A stretch of DNA of 64,000 nucleotides from the NCBI GenBank assembly GCA_964535385.1, contig CAZHSY010000003.1:18529-82528 (forward strand). The letters are read 5' to 3'. The notes under the pieces are model-generated. The model saw only the letters and a list, made by a program, of their open reading frames with translations. It was not told where the DNA came from and did no database searches. This DNA is from an uncultured Candidatus Saccharibacteria bacterium (lineage in GTDB: Bacteria > Patescibacteriota > Saccharimonadia > CAILAD01 > GCA-016700035). The position numbers were made by a program, and so were the translations under genes. Of the stretch, positions 11,336-20,852 are shown in pieces (the first letter of the stretch is position 1; each line of letters opens with the position of its first letter).

Positions 11336-11952
11336 CGGGTACTTCCTTGAATAAGAATTAAGCCTTTACGAGGACCAGGTACGGCACCCTTAATCGCAAT
11401 GAGGTTTTTGGCTGGATCAATCTGTATAACACGAAGGTTCTGAACGGTAACATTGTCATGACCCATACGACCGGCCATTTTCATACCCTTCATGACGTGC
11501 TGTGGATAACCAGCACCGATCGAGCCAGGCGCTCGGTAATTGTGAGAGCCATGAGTCTTCGGGCCACGATGGAAATTATGACGCTTAATCGTACCAGCAA
11601 AGCCTTTACCTTTACTGATACCGCTAACGACTACCTTATCGCCAATTTCAAAATTCTCAACCGTGATGGTGTCGCCGACCTTAAGGGCTCCGTCTGGCTC
11701 AACTTCAGTGGTTCTAACTTCTCGAATAGTCTTGGAGTGAGCACCACTGGTTTTGAGGTGACCAGCCTTGGACTTGCCAATCTTCTTATCTTCACCATAG
11801 CCAATTTGAGTCGCGCTGTAGCCATCGGTCTCGATAGTTTTAATCTGCGTAACCACACATGGACCAGCCTGCAACACAGTAACTGGCTGCAAGCGACCTT
11901 GGTCGTTATAGAGTTGGGTCATGCCCACTTTTTTAGCAAGAATAGCTTTCAT
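11332..11952 (-). CDS. rplC: 50S ribosomal protein L3
   Basis: 206-aa ORF beginning MKAILAKKVGMTQ, a typical L3 N-terminus. Confidence 0.95.
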   Translation of the reverse strand: MKAILAKKVGMTQLYNDQGRLQPVTVLQAGPCVVTQIKTIETDGYSATQIGYGEDKKIGKSKAGHLKTSGAHSKTIREVRTTEVEPDGALKVGDTITVENFEIGDKVVVSGISKGKGFAGTIKRHNFHRGPKTHGSHNYRAPGSIGAGYPQHVMKGMKMAGRMGHDNVTVQNLRVIQIDPAKNLIAIKGAVPGPRKGLILIQGSTR

Positions 11953-12065
11953 AGAGTTTTTGATTATGCGCTTCTCAAAAGAAACGCTGGCAAGCGCGGG
12001 ACCGGTTTCCCACCTTCTGGAGGGACCTGGGCGCTTCCCAGAACTTTCATAAAGTCAACTTAAAT

Positions 12066-12094
12066 AGTCTACAGGTTATTACCAGGAGTGTCAA
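12066..12094 (-). promoter_or_regulatory. Candidate sigma-70-type promoter for rplC (TTGACA-N17-TAGACT in the minus sense), followed by a structured 5' UTR of about 110 nt
   Basis: Found by reading the reverse complement of 12062–12094. The UTR contains nested GC-rich inverted repeats (GAAGCGC…GCGCTTGCC). Confidence 0.4.
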
Positions 12095-12202
12095 CCCAGA
12101 ATATAAACTTCTGATCCATCTATTACTAATTATTGACTCGTACTAAAATTAATGTTTGAATAGTATGGTTATACGTCATTGCTCAATCATAAAGGAGCCC
12201 CC

Positions 12203-12589
12203 TTGAGCACCCAGACAGAGCACCTCGCCATCGATTTCGCTCATCCCCTCATCGTGCGTTGCGAAAACGGCGTGCCGGTACACATCGTCATGACCGTTTG
12301 CGATGGAACTGACTCGCGCATCAAGTACCCAGTCTACCTGAAGGACGAACATCCGGCCATCGAAAGCATCGTCAACAAACTGACGCTCGATCGCCTCGGC
12401 CGCAATATCCATCTCATGGGCCCGATCACGGTCAATGCCGACAACCCCCAGGATCTCCTTCGGCGACTGCGCAACCAGGTGCAGGACAACTTCAAGACCG
12501 TCAACCAACTCCCTCAGACCGATGCTCGCATCAACCGCATCATCGACTATGTCAGGTTGGCCCTGGAGCGCTTCTTCCCCGAGGCTTGA
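12203..12589 (+). CDS. Hypothetical protein (128 aa) in a higher-GC insertion between rpsJ and rplC
   Basis: TTG start preceded by AAGGAG with 5-nt spacing. The ORF-track start is 12179. GC is about 56% by eye, against about 50% in the flanking genes. An intrinsic terminator follows. No family was recognised. Confidence 0.55.
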   Translation: MSTQTEHLAIDFAHPLIVRCENGVPVHIVMTVCDGTDSRIKYPVYLKDEHPAIESIVNKLTLDRLGRNIHLMGPITVNADNPQDLLRRLRNQVQDNFKTVNQLPQTDARINRIIDYVRLALERFFPEA

Positions 12590-12605
12590 GCAAGCCTCAT
12601 TCCCT

Positions 12606-12643
12606 GCCACCTCCACCCCGTGTGAAGGTGGCGCATTTTTTTT
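12606..12643 (+). terminator. Intrinsic terminator (stem GCCACCT/AGGTGGC followed by T8)
   Basis: Hairpin plus a T-run directly after the plus-strand ORF. Confidence 0.6.
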
Positions 12644-12660
12644 ACTAAAAAACTCTCGCT

Positions 12661-12872
12661 CGCGTACATTCTGGTACGGTGTCGATCCTACCTGGCGGTA
12701 AAGGGTTCTTCTGAGTGATGCTAGGTAATAAACCTCCTAAACTGGAAAAGGCCTGTTTAGGAGAATGCTGCAATAGACAAACAGAAAAGCAGATCGTAAG
12801 GCGTACATGGTGGTACGGTGTCGATCTGCTTTTCTAGTTTAACGACTTACAGCGCCTGATATAACAGGCCGA
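12661..12872. repeat. Structured intergenic repeat, copy C1, lying between the rpsJ stop and the insertion
   Basis: Contains two GCGTAC-N6-GGTACGGTGTCGATC cores, at 12661–12686 and 12799–12824. Block GGGTTCTTCTGAGTGATGCTAGGT lies at 12702–12725. A perfect 12-bp inverted repeat (GAAAAGCAGATC/GATCTGCTTTTC) flanks the second core. An outer inverted repeat is GGCCTGTT/AACAGGCC. Aligns block-for-block with C2. Confidence 0.7.
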
Positions 12873-12875
12873 AAG

Positions 12876-13196
12876 TTACATTTTGATTTCAATATCCACG
12901 CCGGCTGGCAGCGACAAATTCATAAGGTTATCAATGGTCTTCGGAGTCGGTTCGGTGATATCAATCAACCGCTTGTGGGTTCGCATCTCAAAGGTCTCTT
13001 GGCTGTCTTTGAAAATGTGCGGGCTACGCACCACGGTAGTGGTGTTGCGATCAGTTGGTAGCGGTACGGGGCCAGCGACTTGAGCGCCGGTCCGTACGGC
13101 TGTATCAATGATCTGCTTAGCTGACTGATCAATGACCTTGTTGTCATAGGCCTTGAGTCGGATGCGAATGCGTTGAGCGGTTTTTTCGTTCGGCAT
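12876..13196 (-). CDS. rpsJ: 30S ribosomal protein S10
   Basis: 106-aa ORF resembling S10. It starts 5 nt after the tuf stop. Confidence 0.95.
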   Translation of the reverse strand: MPNEKTAQRIRIRLKAYDNKVIDQSAKQIIDTAVRTGAQVAGPVPLPTDRNTTTVVRSPHIFKDSQETFEMRTHKRLIDITEPTPKTIDNLMNLSLPAGVDIEIKM

Positions 13197-13201
13197 AGTG
13201 T

Positions 13202-14383
13202 TTACTTGGTGATCTTGGTCACGACACCAGCACCAACGGTGCGGCCGCCTTCACGAATCGCGAAGTTCAGACCATCATCCATGGCGATTGGAGCCAAGAG
13301 CTTGATTGAAGCGTTAATGTTATCACCTGGCATAACCATCTTAGTACCTTCTGGAAGCTTAACTTCACCAGTTACATCGGTGGTACGGAAGTAGAACTGT
13401 GGCTTGTAACCGTCTACGAAAGGAGTGTGGCGTCCGCCTTCTTCCTTAGTCAAGACGTAGATTTCAGCCTCAAACTCGGTGTGAGGAGTAATCGAGCCTG
13501 GCTTAACGATAACCTGACCACGCTCAATCTGTGAACGCTCAATACCACGGAGGAGGAGACCAACGTTATCACCGGCTTGACCCTCGTCAAGCAACTTACG
13601 GAACATCTCAACACCAGTTACGGTAGTCTTCTGTGTGTCCTTGATGCCGACAATTTCTACTTCTTCGTTGACCTTCACGATACCAGTCTCGATCTTACCG
13701 GTCGCAACAGTACCACGGCCTTTGATCGAGAAGACGTCTTCGATTGGCATCAAGAATGGCTTATCGAGATCACGCTTTGGCTCTTCGAAGAAGTCATCCA
13801 TAGCCTTCACGAGTTCCATAATTGAGTCCTCAGCAGCTTCATCGCCTTCGAGAGCCTTCAAGGCAGAACCCTTAACGATAGGGGCATTCTCGTCGAAGCC
13901 GTTCTTCTCGAGCAATTCACGAATTTCCATCTCTACGAGTTCAGCCAATTCTGGATCAGCCATGTCCATCTTGTTCATGTAGACCATGATGGCTGGTACG
14001 CCAACTTGGCGAGCCAAGAGAACGTGCTCACGAGTCTGAGGCATAGGGCCATCAGCAGCTGATACCACGAGGATAGCACCATCAACCTGAGCTGCACCGG
14101 TGATCATGTTCTTCACATAGTCGGCGTGACCTGGCATATCAACGTGAGCGTAGTGACGCTTGTCTGATTCGTATTCCTGGTGAGAAGTAGCGATGGTAAT
14201 ACCGCGCTCGCGCTCTTCTGGAGCCTTGTCGATCTCGTCGTAATTAATTGGTTTGTTTACGTCTGATGGCAACCGCTTAGCCAAAACGTGGGTAATGGCA
14301 GCAGTTAAGGTAGTCTTACCATGGTCAACATGCCCCATAGTACCGACGTTTACGTGTGGTTTGCTGCGATCAAAATTTGCCAC
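13202..14383 (-). CDS. tuf: Elongation factor Tu
   Basis: 393-aa ORF with [17 protein letters not shown] and NKMD motifs. Confidence 0.97.
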   Translation of the reverse strand: MANFDRSKPHVNVGTMGHVDHGKTTLTAAITHVLAKRLPSDVNKPINYDEIDKAPEERERGITIATSHQEYESDKRHYAHVDMPGHADYVKNMITGAAQVDGAILVVSAADGPMPQTREHVLLARQVGVPAIMVYMNKMDMADPELAELVEMEIRELLEKNGFDENAPIVKGSALKALEGDEAAEDSIMELVKAMDDFFEEPKRDLDKPFLMPIEDVFSIKGRGTVATGKIETGIVKVNEEVEIVGIKDTQKTTVTGVEMFRKLLDEGQAGDNVGLLLRGIERSQIERGQVIVKPGSITPHTEFEAEIYVLTKEEGGRHTPFVDGYKPQFYFRTTDVTGEVKLPEGTKMVMPGDNINASIKLLAPIAMDDGLNFAIREGGRTVGAGVVTKITK

Positions 14384-14503
14384 GAATGTTTCTCCTTAAC
14401 TCTCAATATATTTTCTTATGATTTGCTTAAAGCCTGGTGGTCACCGAAAAATGACCTGCAAGGCAAGCAGGACTGGTCTAGTATATCGAGAAAACTATGA
14501 CTT

Positions 14504-14537
14504 GTAAAGGGCAAAATGTCGCCGGATTTAACTCGGG
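14504..14537. terminator. Bidirectional hairpin (AAATGTCGCC…GGCGACATTT flanked by A and T runs) between fusA and tuf; possible attenuator
   Basis: Perfect 10-bp stem with a 13-nt loop, flanked by AAAA on one side and TTTTT on the other. Confidence 0.4.
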
Positions 14538-14579
14538 CGACATTTTTCAGCACGACAGACACGCTACGGTGCATCTCGT

Positions 14580-16688
14580 CTATTCAGAGACGGCTGACTT
14601 ACCACTCTTGCCGATGAGTTCTTCGGCAATATTACGTGGAACTTCTGCGTAGTGATCAAATTCCATCGAGTAGTTGGCTCGCCCCTGAGTCATCGAACGC
14701 AAGGTCGTCGCATAGCCAAACATCTGCGAAAGTGGCACGAAGGCATCGATAATCTTAGCGCCCTGGCGATCAGACATCTGCTCGATACGGCCACGCTTGG
14801 AGTTAACATCACCAACCACGTCACCCATGAATTCTTCTGGGGTTGTTACCTCAACCTTCATAACTGGCTCGAGAATGACTGGGTCAGCCTTACGTACACC
14901 AGCTTGAAGTGCTAATGAACCAGCAATCTTAAAGGCCATTTCTGATGAGTCAACTTCGTGATACGAACCGTCATAAAGCTTGGCCTTGACGTCAACGACT
15001 GGGTATCCAGCCAAGACACCATTACCCATGGCTTCCTTAATGCCCTCATCGACTGGCTTAATGTATTCACGCGGCACAGCTCCACCAACGATAGCGTTTT
15101 CAAATTCATAGGTTGGCTTATCACCTTCAACGTCATCAGCATGTACGAGTGGGCAAATTTCGAGCCAGACATGACCATACTGACCACGGCCACCAGACTG
15201 ACGAACAAATTTACCTTCGGCTTCAACGGTCTTACGGATGGTTTCGCGATAAGCCACTTGCGGAGTACCGATATTAGCTTCAACCTTGAACTCACGCTTC
15301 ATCCGGTCAACCAGTACGTCGAGGTGCAGCTCGCCCATACCGGCGATCAAGGTTTGGCCGGCTTCGTTATCAGAGCTAACTCGGAAGGTTGGGTCTTCTT
15401 CAGCCAAACGAGATAGAGCCAGCGACATTTTCTCTTGGTCAGCCTTGGTCTTTGGCTCAACAGCAATCTGAATAACTGGCTCTGGGAAGGTAATTTGCTC
15501 GAGAATAACTGGGTGGCCCTCAGCACTTAAGGTGTGTCCAGTCATGGTGTTTTTGAGACCAACAGCGGCAGCAATTTCACCGGCGTAGACTTCTTGGACT
15601 TCTTCGCGATTATTGGCGTGCATACGCAAGATACGGCCAATTCGCTCCTTCTGCCCGGTAGAGCTATTGAGTACATATGAGCCGGACTTTAACGTCCCAG
15701 CGTATACCCGGAAGAAACAGAGCTTACCAACAAATGGGTCGGTAGCAATCTTGAAGGCCAGACCAGCAAATGGAGCATCATCGGCTACTTTAAGTACTTC
15801 TTGTTCGCCGGTCTTCTCGTTCTCAGCCAAGGGCGGCGTGATATCCAGCGGGTTTGGCAGATAGTCAACCACGATGTCGAGTAACTTCTCAACGATCACG
15901 CCACGTCCATCACCACCAGAAACGATGAAAAATTCACCAGTCAAAACGCTCTTGCGAATGACTGATTTGATTTCTTCTAAGGTTAATTCACCACCTTCAA
16001 GGTATTTTTCGAGGAGGCTGTCATCGATCTCAACAGCAGCTTCAATCAAATGATTACGGTAGCGCTCGACCTTTTCTTTCATGTCTTCAGGGATGTCGAT
16101 CTCAACCAGTTCTTTATCGGTGTAGTCTTTATAGCTATAGGCTTTTTGCTCAATGACATCGATGATGCCGTTGATTTCTTGCTCAAAACCGATTGGCAAG
16201 TGGATTGGGTAAGCCCGCTTGGTCAAACGTGCATGAATCGAGTCCAGACTCTTGTAGAAGTCGCCACCGGTCTGGTTAATCTTATTGATGAAGCAGATAC
16301 GTGGCACGCCATACTTATCAGCCTGACGCCAAACGGTCTCGGATTGTGGCTCAACACCCATCTTGCCGTCGAAGACGGTCACTGCACCGTCCAGGACACG
16401 CAGGGAACGCTCGACTTCAACAGTAAAGTCGATGTGGCCAGGAGTATCAATGATATTGATGCGCTTGCCGTTCCAGAAACAAGTCGTGGCTGCAGAAGTG
16501 ATCGTAATACCCCGTTCTTGTTCTTGTTCCATCCAGTCCATAGTTGCCTCACCCTGGTGCACTTCGCCAATCTTGTGGGTTTTTCCAGTGCGATACAAGA
16601 CGCCTTCCGTAACGGTAGTTTTACCGGCATCAATGTGAGCAATAATTCCAATATTTCGGGTATCTTCGAGAGAATATTCGCGGGCCAT
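14580..16688 (-). CDS. fusA: Elongation factor G
   Basis: 702-aa ORF with a GTPase domain (AHIDAGKTT) and EF-G domains II to V. Confidence 0.97.
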   Translation of the reverse strand: MAREYSLEDTRNIGIIAHIDAGKTTVTEGVLYRTGKTHKIGEVHQGEATMDWMEQEQERGITITSAATTCFWNGKRINIIDTPGHIDFTVEVERSLRVLDGAVTVFDGKMGVEPQSETVWRQADKYGVPRICFINKINQTGGDFYKSLDSIHARLTKRAYPIHLPIGFEQEINGIIDVIEQKAYSYKDYTDKELVEIDIPEDMKEKVERYRNHLIEAAVEIDDSLLEKYLEGGELTLEEIKSVIRKSVLTGEFFIVSGGDGRGVIVEKLLDIVVDYLPNPLDITPPLAENEKTGEQEVLKVADDAPFAGLAFKIATDPFVGKLCFFRVYAGTLKSGSYVLNSSTGQKERIGRILRMHANNREEVQEVYAGEIAAAVGLKNTMTGHTLSAEGHPVILEQITFPEPVIQIAVEPKTKADQEKMSLALSRLAEEDPTFRVSSDNEAGQTLIAGMGELHLDVLVDRMKREFKVEANIGTPQVAYRETIRKTVEAEGKFVRQSGGRGQYGHVWLEICPLVHADDVEGDKPTYEFENAIVGGAVPREYIKPVDEGIKEAMGNGVLAGYPVVDVKAKLYDGSYHEVDSSEMAFKIAGSLALQAGVRKADPVILEPVMKVEVTTPEEFMGDVVGDVNSKRGRIEQMSDRQGAKIIDAFVPLSQMFGYATTLRSMTQGRANYSMEFDHYAEVPRNIAEELIGKSGKSAVSE

Positions 16689-16913
16689 AGTGTTCCTACT
16701 TATGCTTTAAAAATGATAGTCAAATTGACGAAAAAATAAGCGCGAACAAGCGCTTGTTACGTGTATTTTACCAGGTTGACCACTTCCACGCAATGCTACT
16801 CATGAAAAGGCTATTGACAGATATACGCTAGGAAAGTATGATCTGGTTCCCAGAAGACAACAGGGTTAACTGGTGTGCTCCGTACATCGGAATATTGAAC
16901 GAGGAGTAACCTC

Positions 16914-17267
16914 ATGCGTACCAAGACAAGTAAGCAATTTCGACTCCTCGCCGTCGCCATCATGGCGACGCTCGGCGGACTGACCTTCGGGGTCAGCAAC
17001 GCTGGTGCGGCGAGCAGCTTCCTCAGGAATGACAAGTGGCTGGCGGTCTACTCGCCTGCCTGTGGTGCCATCGGCTGCCCCTATGGTCCGGGCTATATGG
17101 TCAAGGACAATACGGGATTCACGATGGTGTGCTGGGCAGATGGCCCCTGGGTGAACGGCAACTACAACACCAACCGCTGGTTCCGTGGCCGTGTCAACGG
17201 CATCAGTGGTCAGGTCTGGGTCCCGGCATCCTACGTCTTCAATCAGACGCGAGTCGGCCACTGCTGA
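16914..17267 (+). CDS. Small secreted Cys-containing protein (117 aa), possibly SH3b-like
   Basis: N-terminal signal peptide (MRTKTSKQFRLLAVAIMATLGGLTFGVSNAGAASS). The mature part has Cys and Gly/Trp-rich segments ending …GQVWVPASYV, reminiscent of bacterial SH3 domains. A GAGGAG ribosome-binding site precedes it. GC is about 58% by eye. Confidence 0.6.
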   Translation: MRTKTSKQFRLLAVAIMATLGGLTFGVSNAGAASSFLRNDKWLAVYSPACGAIGCPYGPGYMVKDNTGFTMVCWADGPWVNGNYNTNRWFRGRVNGISGQVWVPASYVFNQTRVGHC

Positions 17268-17275
17268 TCAACACG

Positions 17276-17322
17276 AGGCTTCTTGTGTGTTCTTTCTCGG
17301 ACACACAAGAAGCCTTTTCTAA
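17276..17322 (+). terminator. Strong intrinsic terminator (14-bp perfect stem AGGCTTCTTGTGTG/CACACAAGAAGCCT followed by TTTCT)
   Basis: Lies directly after the plus-strand ORF and abuts the 3' end of the AAA+ gene. Confidence 0.7.
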
Positions 17323-17323
17323 T

Positions 17324-19774
17324 CTACGAGGCATCGACTTGCACGAGATCTTCTTTCGAAATTGTAATTAGTTGTCCTGACTTGATCTGACCGGCCAGCA
17401 TCCGCTGCGCAATTACATCTTCCACAAACCGCTGAAGAGCTCGTCGCATCGGTCGAGCACCCATACGTGGATCATTTCCCTTTTCGACCATGAAAGCTAG
17501 CGCCTCAGGAGTCATGGCGACTGTGATGTGTCGACTAGCAAGTTGTTTATTAAGGTTCTGCAGCTGAATACCAACTACCTGCTGAAGTTCCTCCGGTTTA
17601 AGTGGGCGGAACATCGTAATGTCATCAAAACGGTTTAAGAGTTCTGGGCGGAACAGCTTCTGGGATATAACCAAGTCGATCAAAGCATCATGTTTGGTCT
17701 CGAGCTCAACCCCATCGCTCACCCACTGCCGGATCTGCTCTGCACCGGCATTGGAGGTGGCAATAATGATAGCTTCTTTAAAGCTAACAACCTTGCCAGC
17801 AGTGTCAGTTAAGCGACCTTCATCGAGCATTTGAAGTAAGAGATTAAGGAAGTCAGGATGGGCCTTCTCAATCTCATCCAGCAGCACGACGCTGGCGGGT
17901 TTCATTCGAACCTGTTCGAGGAAGGCTGACCCAGCTGAGGTCTCGGCGGCGGCATTCAGTAAGCGATTGATATCACTCGGGTTCTGATACTCTGACATAT
18001 CTAGGCGGATCATGTTTTGCTCATCACTAAAGTACACAGCCGCCAGTGATCGAGCCAACTCGGTCTTACCAACACCAGTCGGGCCAAGAAAAAGAAAACT
18101 ACCAACCGGTCGCTTGGGGTCGCGCACTCCAGTCCGAGCTCGCCGCAAGGAAGACGCCACAGCTTTGACAGCCGTATTTTGGTTGATCATACGCTCATGA
18201 ATTAAATCCTCGAGCTTAAGTAGGGTCTGAGCCTCATTACTGCCCTGCTCAACAACTCCAGTCTTAACACCCGTACGGCTCTCGACGGCCTGATTGACTG
18301 ATTGTTCAGTAACTCTGCCTTCGACAGCATAATTTAAACTACTCATGAGCAAGTCAATCGCTCGACCCGGTTGAGCTTTTTCACCCAAGAAGCGATTCGA
18401 CAGCTCAATAGCTTGCTTGAGCGCCCGATAGGTGATGACTAGGCGGTGTTGGTTCTCAAAATCAAAGGCCACGTCCTGAAGGATCTGAAAACAAAGCTCG
18501 TCGGTCACTTCTGGCAACTGCAATTTATTAAGCATTCCGACCAGCTGGCCGTTGATCTGGGCGAATCGAGTCCATTCTTCATCGGTAAAACCAAAGATCA
18601 TTGGCAAGTGCGTTTTTTCTACGATTGGCTGCAAAATCCGAGTTGCATCAATGGCTCCAGGTTTATTTTCGAAGAACAAACTGGCATCTTCAAAGTACAG
18701 GATGACATTCTTAGCTCGCACAGCGTCATTCATCATTTTTGTGAAGATCGCTTCGACAGATTCATTCTTACCAGCACTGGTAATGGCCGTGGCTGAAACC
18801 GACATCATCTTGCGATAGGTCAACTTACCCGCCGGCATACCGGTGAGGATCTTCTCGGCAAACCGATACACCAACGTCGTCTTACCGCTGCCAGTGGCGC
18901 CGATCAGAGCCACATTGGTGCGGGCTGGCTGATTGAGTAATTGCACAAACTGATCAAGCATCTCCTCGCGACCATAAGCCGAGAAGCTCCGATGGCCAGC
19001 TTCAATCTCGTCGGATAGATTTGCTGCGAACTGGTCAAGATAATTAGTATAGCCAGCTGCGAAGTCGCGACCAATTCCACCAAAGCTCTCTCGAGCCCGA
19101 CGCTCTAAGCGATCGCGCTCGATATGCTCAAGCCAGTTCAAACCAAATACCAGATCTTGTTCGGAGATCTCAAAAGTCCCCAGCCAACCGGGCTGTTCAC
19201 GCTCTACTTCTAAGAGGCCGGCTACAAGAATCGTGCCACCATTAATGAACTGACTACCCACCCGCTGCATCAGCGAGCCACTCAAGCTGTAGAGCTGATC
19301 AGGGGTAAGCTTAGTAATGACAGCCGCGGCCGCTTGTAACGTCTGATCTGTTAGCTCCAAGTGCGATATAACATAGTGCGCCTGCCATGTGCCTTGAGCA
19401 GCCTGCCAGATGGCATTTACATCACTGTGTCGTGACAGGCGCACGGTGAGCTCAGGTGATAATACATCGGGAATATTGGTCATATTGCGCCGCGCTAGCC
19501 AGTCTGGCCCGAACTGATCGAGGCCCCAGCTGGAATAAAGTCCCAACATCGCGATCGGAGCACCAGGTACAAGCAATAAGATCGCGATCTTCTGGCCAAG
19601 TAGATACCCCATGACAGCCGTCAGCCATAGTAGTCCACCAATCACCAGTAGAGCCGTATGTAAAACCGGCGACATGAGTGAATGCATAGCCTTTAGCCGC
19701 CGGCGTCTAGCCGAGCTCTGCCAGCTGAGCTGCGGGGTGGCTTGATTCGGGGTCGCATTGACTGTTTGATCCAT
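17324..19774 (-). CDS. Membrane-anchored two-domain Hsp100/Clp-like AAA+ ATPase (about 816 aa)
   Basis: Two N-terminal transmembrane helices. D1 has Walker A GATGSGKT and an altered Walker B (ILYFED). D2 has Walker A GPTGVGKT, Walker [14 protein letters not shown], sensor-1 IIIATSN and the GARPMRRA arginine-finger region. By eye there is no IGF/LGF ClpP-docking loop and no GYVGY pore loop. The start is chosen at the Met whose ATG overlaps the upstream gene's TAA (TAATG). The ORF-track start is 19834. Confidence 0.8.
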   Translation of the reverse strand: MDQTVNATPNQATPQLSWQSSARRRRLKAMHSLMSPVLHTALLVIGGLLWLTAVMGYLLGQKIAILLLVPGAPIAMLGLYSSWGLDQFGPDWLARRNMTNIPDVLSPELTVRLSRHSDVNAIWQAAQGTWQAHYVISHLELTDQTLQAAAAVITKLTPDQLYSLSGSLMQRVGSQFINGGTILVAGLLEVEREQPGWLGTFEISEQDLVFGLNWLEHIERDRLERRARESFGGIGRDFAAGYTNYLDQFAANLSDEIEAGHRSFSAYGREEMLDQFVQLLNQPARTNVALIGATGSGKTTLVYRFAEKILTGMPAGKLTYRKMMSVSATAITSAGKNESVEAIFTKMMNDAVRAKNVILYFEDASLFFENKPGAIDATRILQPIVEKTHLPMIFGFTDEEWTRFAQINGQLVGMLNKLQLPEVTDELCFQILQDVAFDFENQHRLVITYRALKQAIELSNRFLGEKAQPGRAIDLLMSSLNYAVEGRVTEQSVNQAVESRTGVKTGVVEQGSNEAQTLLKLEDLIHERMINQNTAVKAVASSLRRARTGVRDPKRPVGSFLFLGPTGVGKTELARSLAAVYFSDEQNMIRLDMSEYQNPSDINRLLNAAAETSAGSAFLEQVRMKPASVVLLDEIEKAHPDFLNLLLQMLDEGRLTDTAGKVVSFKEAIIIATSNAGAEQIRQWVSDGVELETKHDALIDLVISQKLFRPELLNRFDDITMFRPLKPEELQQVVGIQLQNLNKQLASRHITVAMTPEALAFMVEKGNDPRMGARPMRRALQRFVEDVIAQRMLAGQIKSGQLITISKEDLVQVDAS

Positions 19775-20139
19775 TACAAACCTGCAATCCCTAGTGCAAT
19801 GGCAATAAAAGGTATAATTGGAAAGACTAGCCAAAGCACAAACAGCACACTAGCCGCCAGAAACAGTAGCGCTGTGCCCATAAGCCAAGCGACAATAAAG
19901 ATCATTCGGATAATAAATCCGATCAAGCGGGCTACTAGATTCATAACCATGGCTTGCATCATCTGATCTATGCCCTGACCGCCTTCGACCCGGTCTTCTT
20001 TCCATGGCGCGAAGAGTGTACGTAGCATCTGCTTCACACTTAAGCTGTAGTACAGTTTTCGGGTACTATCTTTGGCAGACTGCAAGACATGCAGCCAGCC
20101 CGGTCCGTACCACCAGGTAAGCATATCCGTTATCAGCAT
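19774..20139 (-). CDS. Small membrane protein (121 aa) with two C-terminal transmembrane helices, translationally coupled to the AAA+ ATPase
   Basis: Soluble N-terminal region of about 70 aa followed by two hydrophobic helices. Its stop overlaps the AAA+ start by 1 nt. Confidence 0.6.
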   Translation of the reverse strand: MLITDMLTWWYGPGWLHVLQSAKDSTRKLYYSLSVKQMLRTLFAPWKEDRVEGGQGIDQMMQAMVMNLVARLIGFIIRMIFIVAWLMGTALLFLAASVLFVLWLVFPIIPFIAIALGIAGL

Positions 20140-20184
20140 GATTCTATTTTACACGAGCTCGAGTTTTAGTACAGATAGCACTAC

Positions 20185-20212
20185 AAAAAGAAAACCCCCT
20201 ATTGCTAGGGGG
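20185..20212 (-). terminator. Intrinsic terminator in the minus sense (stem CCCCCTA/TAGGGGG followed by a U-run)
   Basis: Overlaps the stop codon of the small Cys-rich protein gene. In the minus sense the stem is followed by TTTTCTTTTT. Confidence 0.6.
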
Positions 20213-20525
20213 TGATAGATCGAGCTAGTTCGGTCGCAACAATACGACGAGGCAGCTTGTTGCCACGTGGCAGTCGCCACGGCTGAGTGCTGAGGTAATC
20301 ACCGTGAGGCTTTCCCAGTGCTTCGTAGCACTCCTCGTGATAGTGTTCAACTCGGTCCCAACGTGGTTGGTCGTTTGAGTCACGAACGTAGATGTTGCAA
20401 ATGGCTTGGCGCCGTTTGACCTTGGCCCTGAATTTCACACGCTCACCACAGTGAGCACAGTTGACAGTGCTGCCAGCTTCGATCATGCGTAGGACGGCTC
20501 GCGTCCTGGGCTGTGTTGCCGTCAT
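20205..20525 (-). CDS. Small Cys-rich (CxxC-containing) protein, 106 aa
   Basis: Cys/His pattern (CAHCGERV…C…HYHEEC). It lies immediately downstream of rpsG. GC is about 55% by eye. Confidence 0.55.
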   Translation of the reverse strand: MTATQPRTRAVLRMIEAGSTVNCAHCGERVKFRAKVKRRQAICNIYVRDSNDQPRWDRVEHYHEECYEALGKPHGDYLSTQPWRLPRGNKLPRRIVATELARSITP

Positions 20526-20630
20526 GGACGTGAGTTCCTTTCGCTTATTCCTGATGTTCAGGTTTTGCTATATTACAACTTTTATTAAATTAATGCAATA
20601 GATGAACGCTGAGCAGAGACTTTCTAGATC

Positions 20631-20850
20631 ATAAAAGGCCCGTTTAGCAGGATGTTGTAGTAGGCAAAACAAAAACCGGATCTAAGACATGCTCTAAACA
20701 AATAAGTCTGATTATCCTCGCGGCCAAGACCAGTTTAGCGAAATGCTCCGCTAGGCTTAACCAAAAACTCCTCGTAAGGCGTACTTTAACGTACGGTGTC
20801 GAGGAGTTTTTGGTGTAAACGACGCTGAGCGTTCGATATAACTGGTCGCT
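20631..20850. repeat. Structured intergenic repeat, copy C2, directly after the rpsG stop
   Basis: 5' block AAAAGGCCCGTTTAGCAGGATGTTGTAGTAGGCAAAACAAAAACCGGATC aligns with C1. A 14-bp perfect inverted repeat (CCAAAAACTCCTCG/CGAGGAGTTTTTGG, 20761–20814) encloses the core GTAAGGCGTACtttaacGTACGGTGTCGA. The 3' block TAAACGAC…GATATAACTGGTCG aligns with C1. Confidence 0.7.
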
Positions 20851-20852
20851 GT

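Noticed and set aside
12741-12872. Repeat C1 as an integron attC site, with the neighbouring promoter-light ORF as a gene cassette.
   Set aside because: The outer inverted repeat is GGCCTGTT…AACAGGCC. That is the opposite polarity from attC R''/R' (RYYYAAC…GTTRRRY). No intI gene or attI site is present, and the ORF has its own promoter.
20185-20212. Treating the whole rpsL to AAA+ stretch as one operon.
   Set aside because: A clear hairpin plus U-run (CCCCCTA/TAGGGGG) sits at the stop of the Cys-rich protein gene. A TAAAAT -10-like element follows it. So the module of the two-transmembrane protein and the AAA+ gene is probably separately transcribed. Read-through cannot be excluded.
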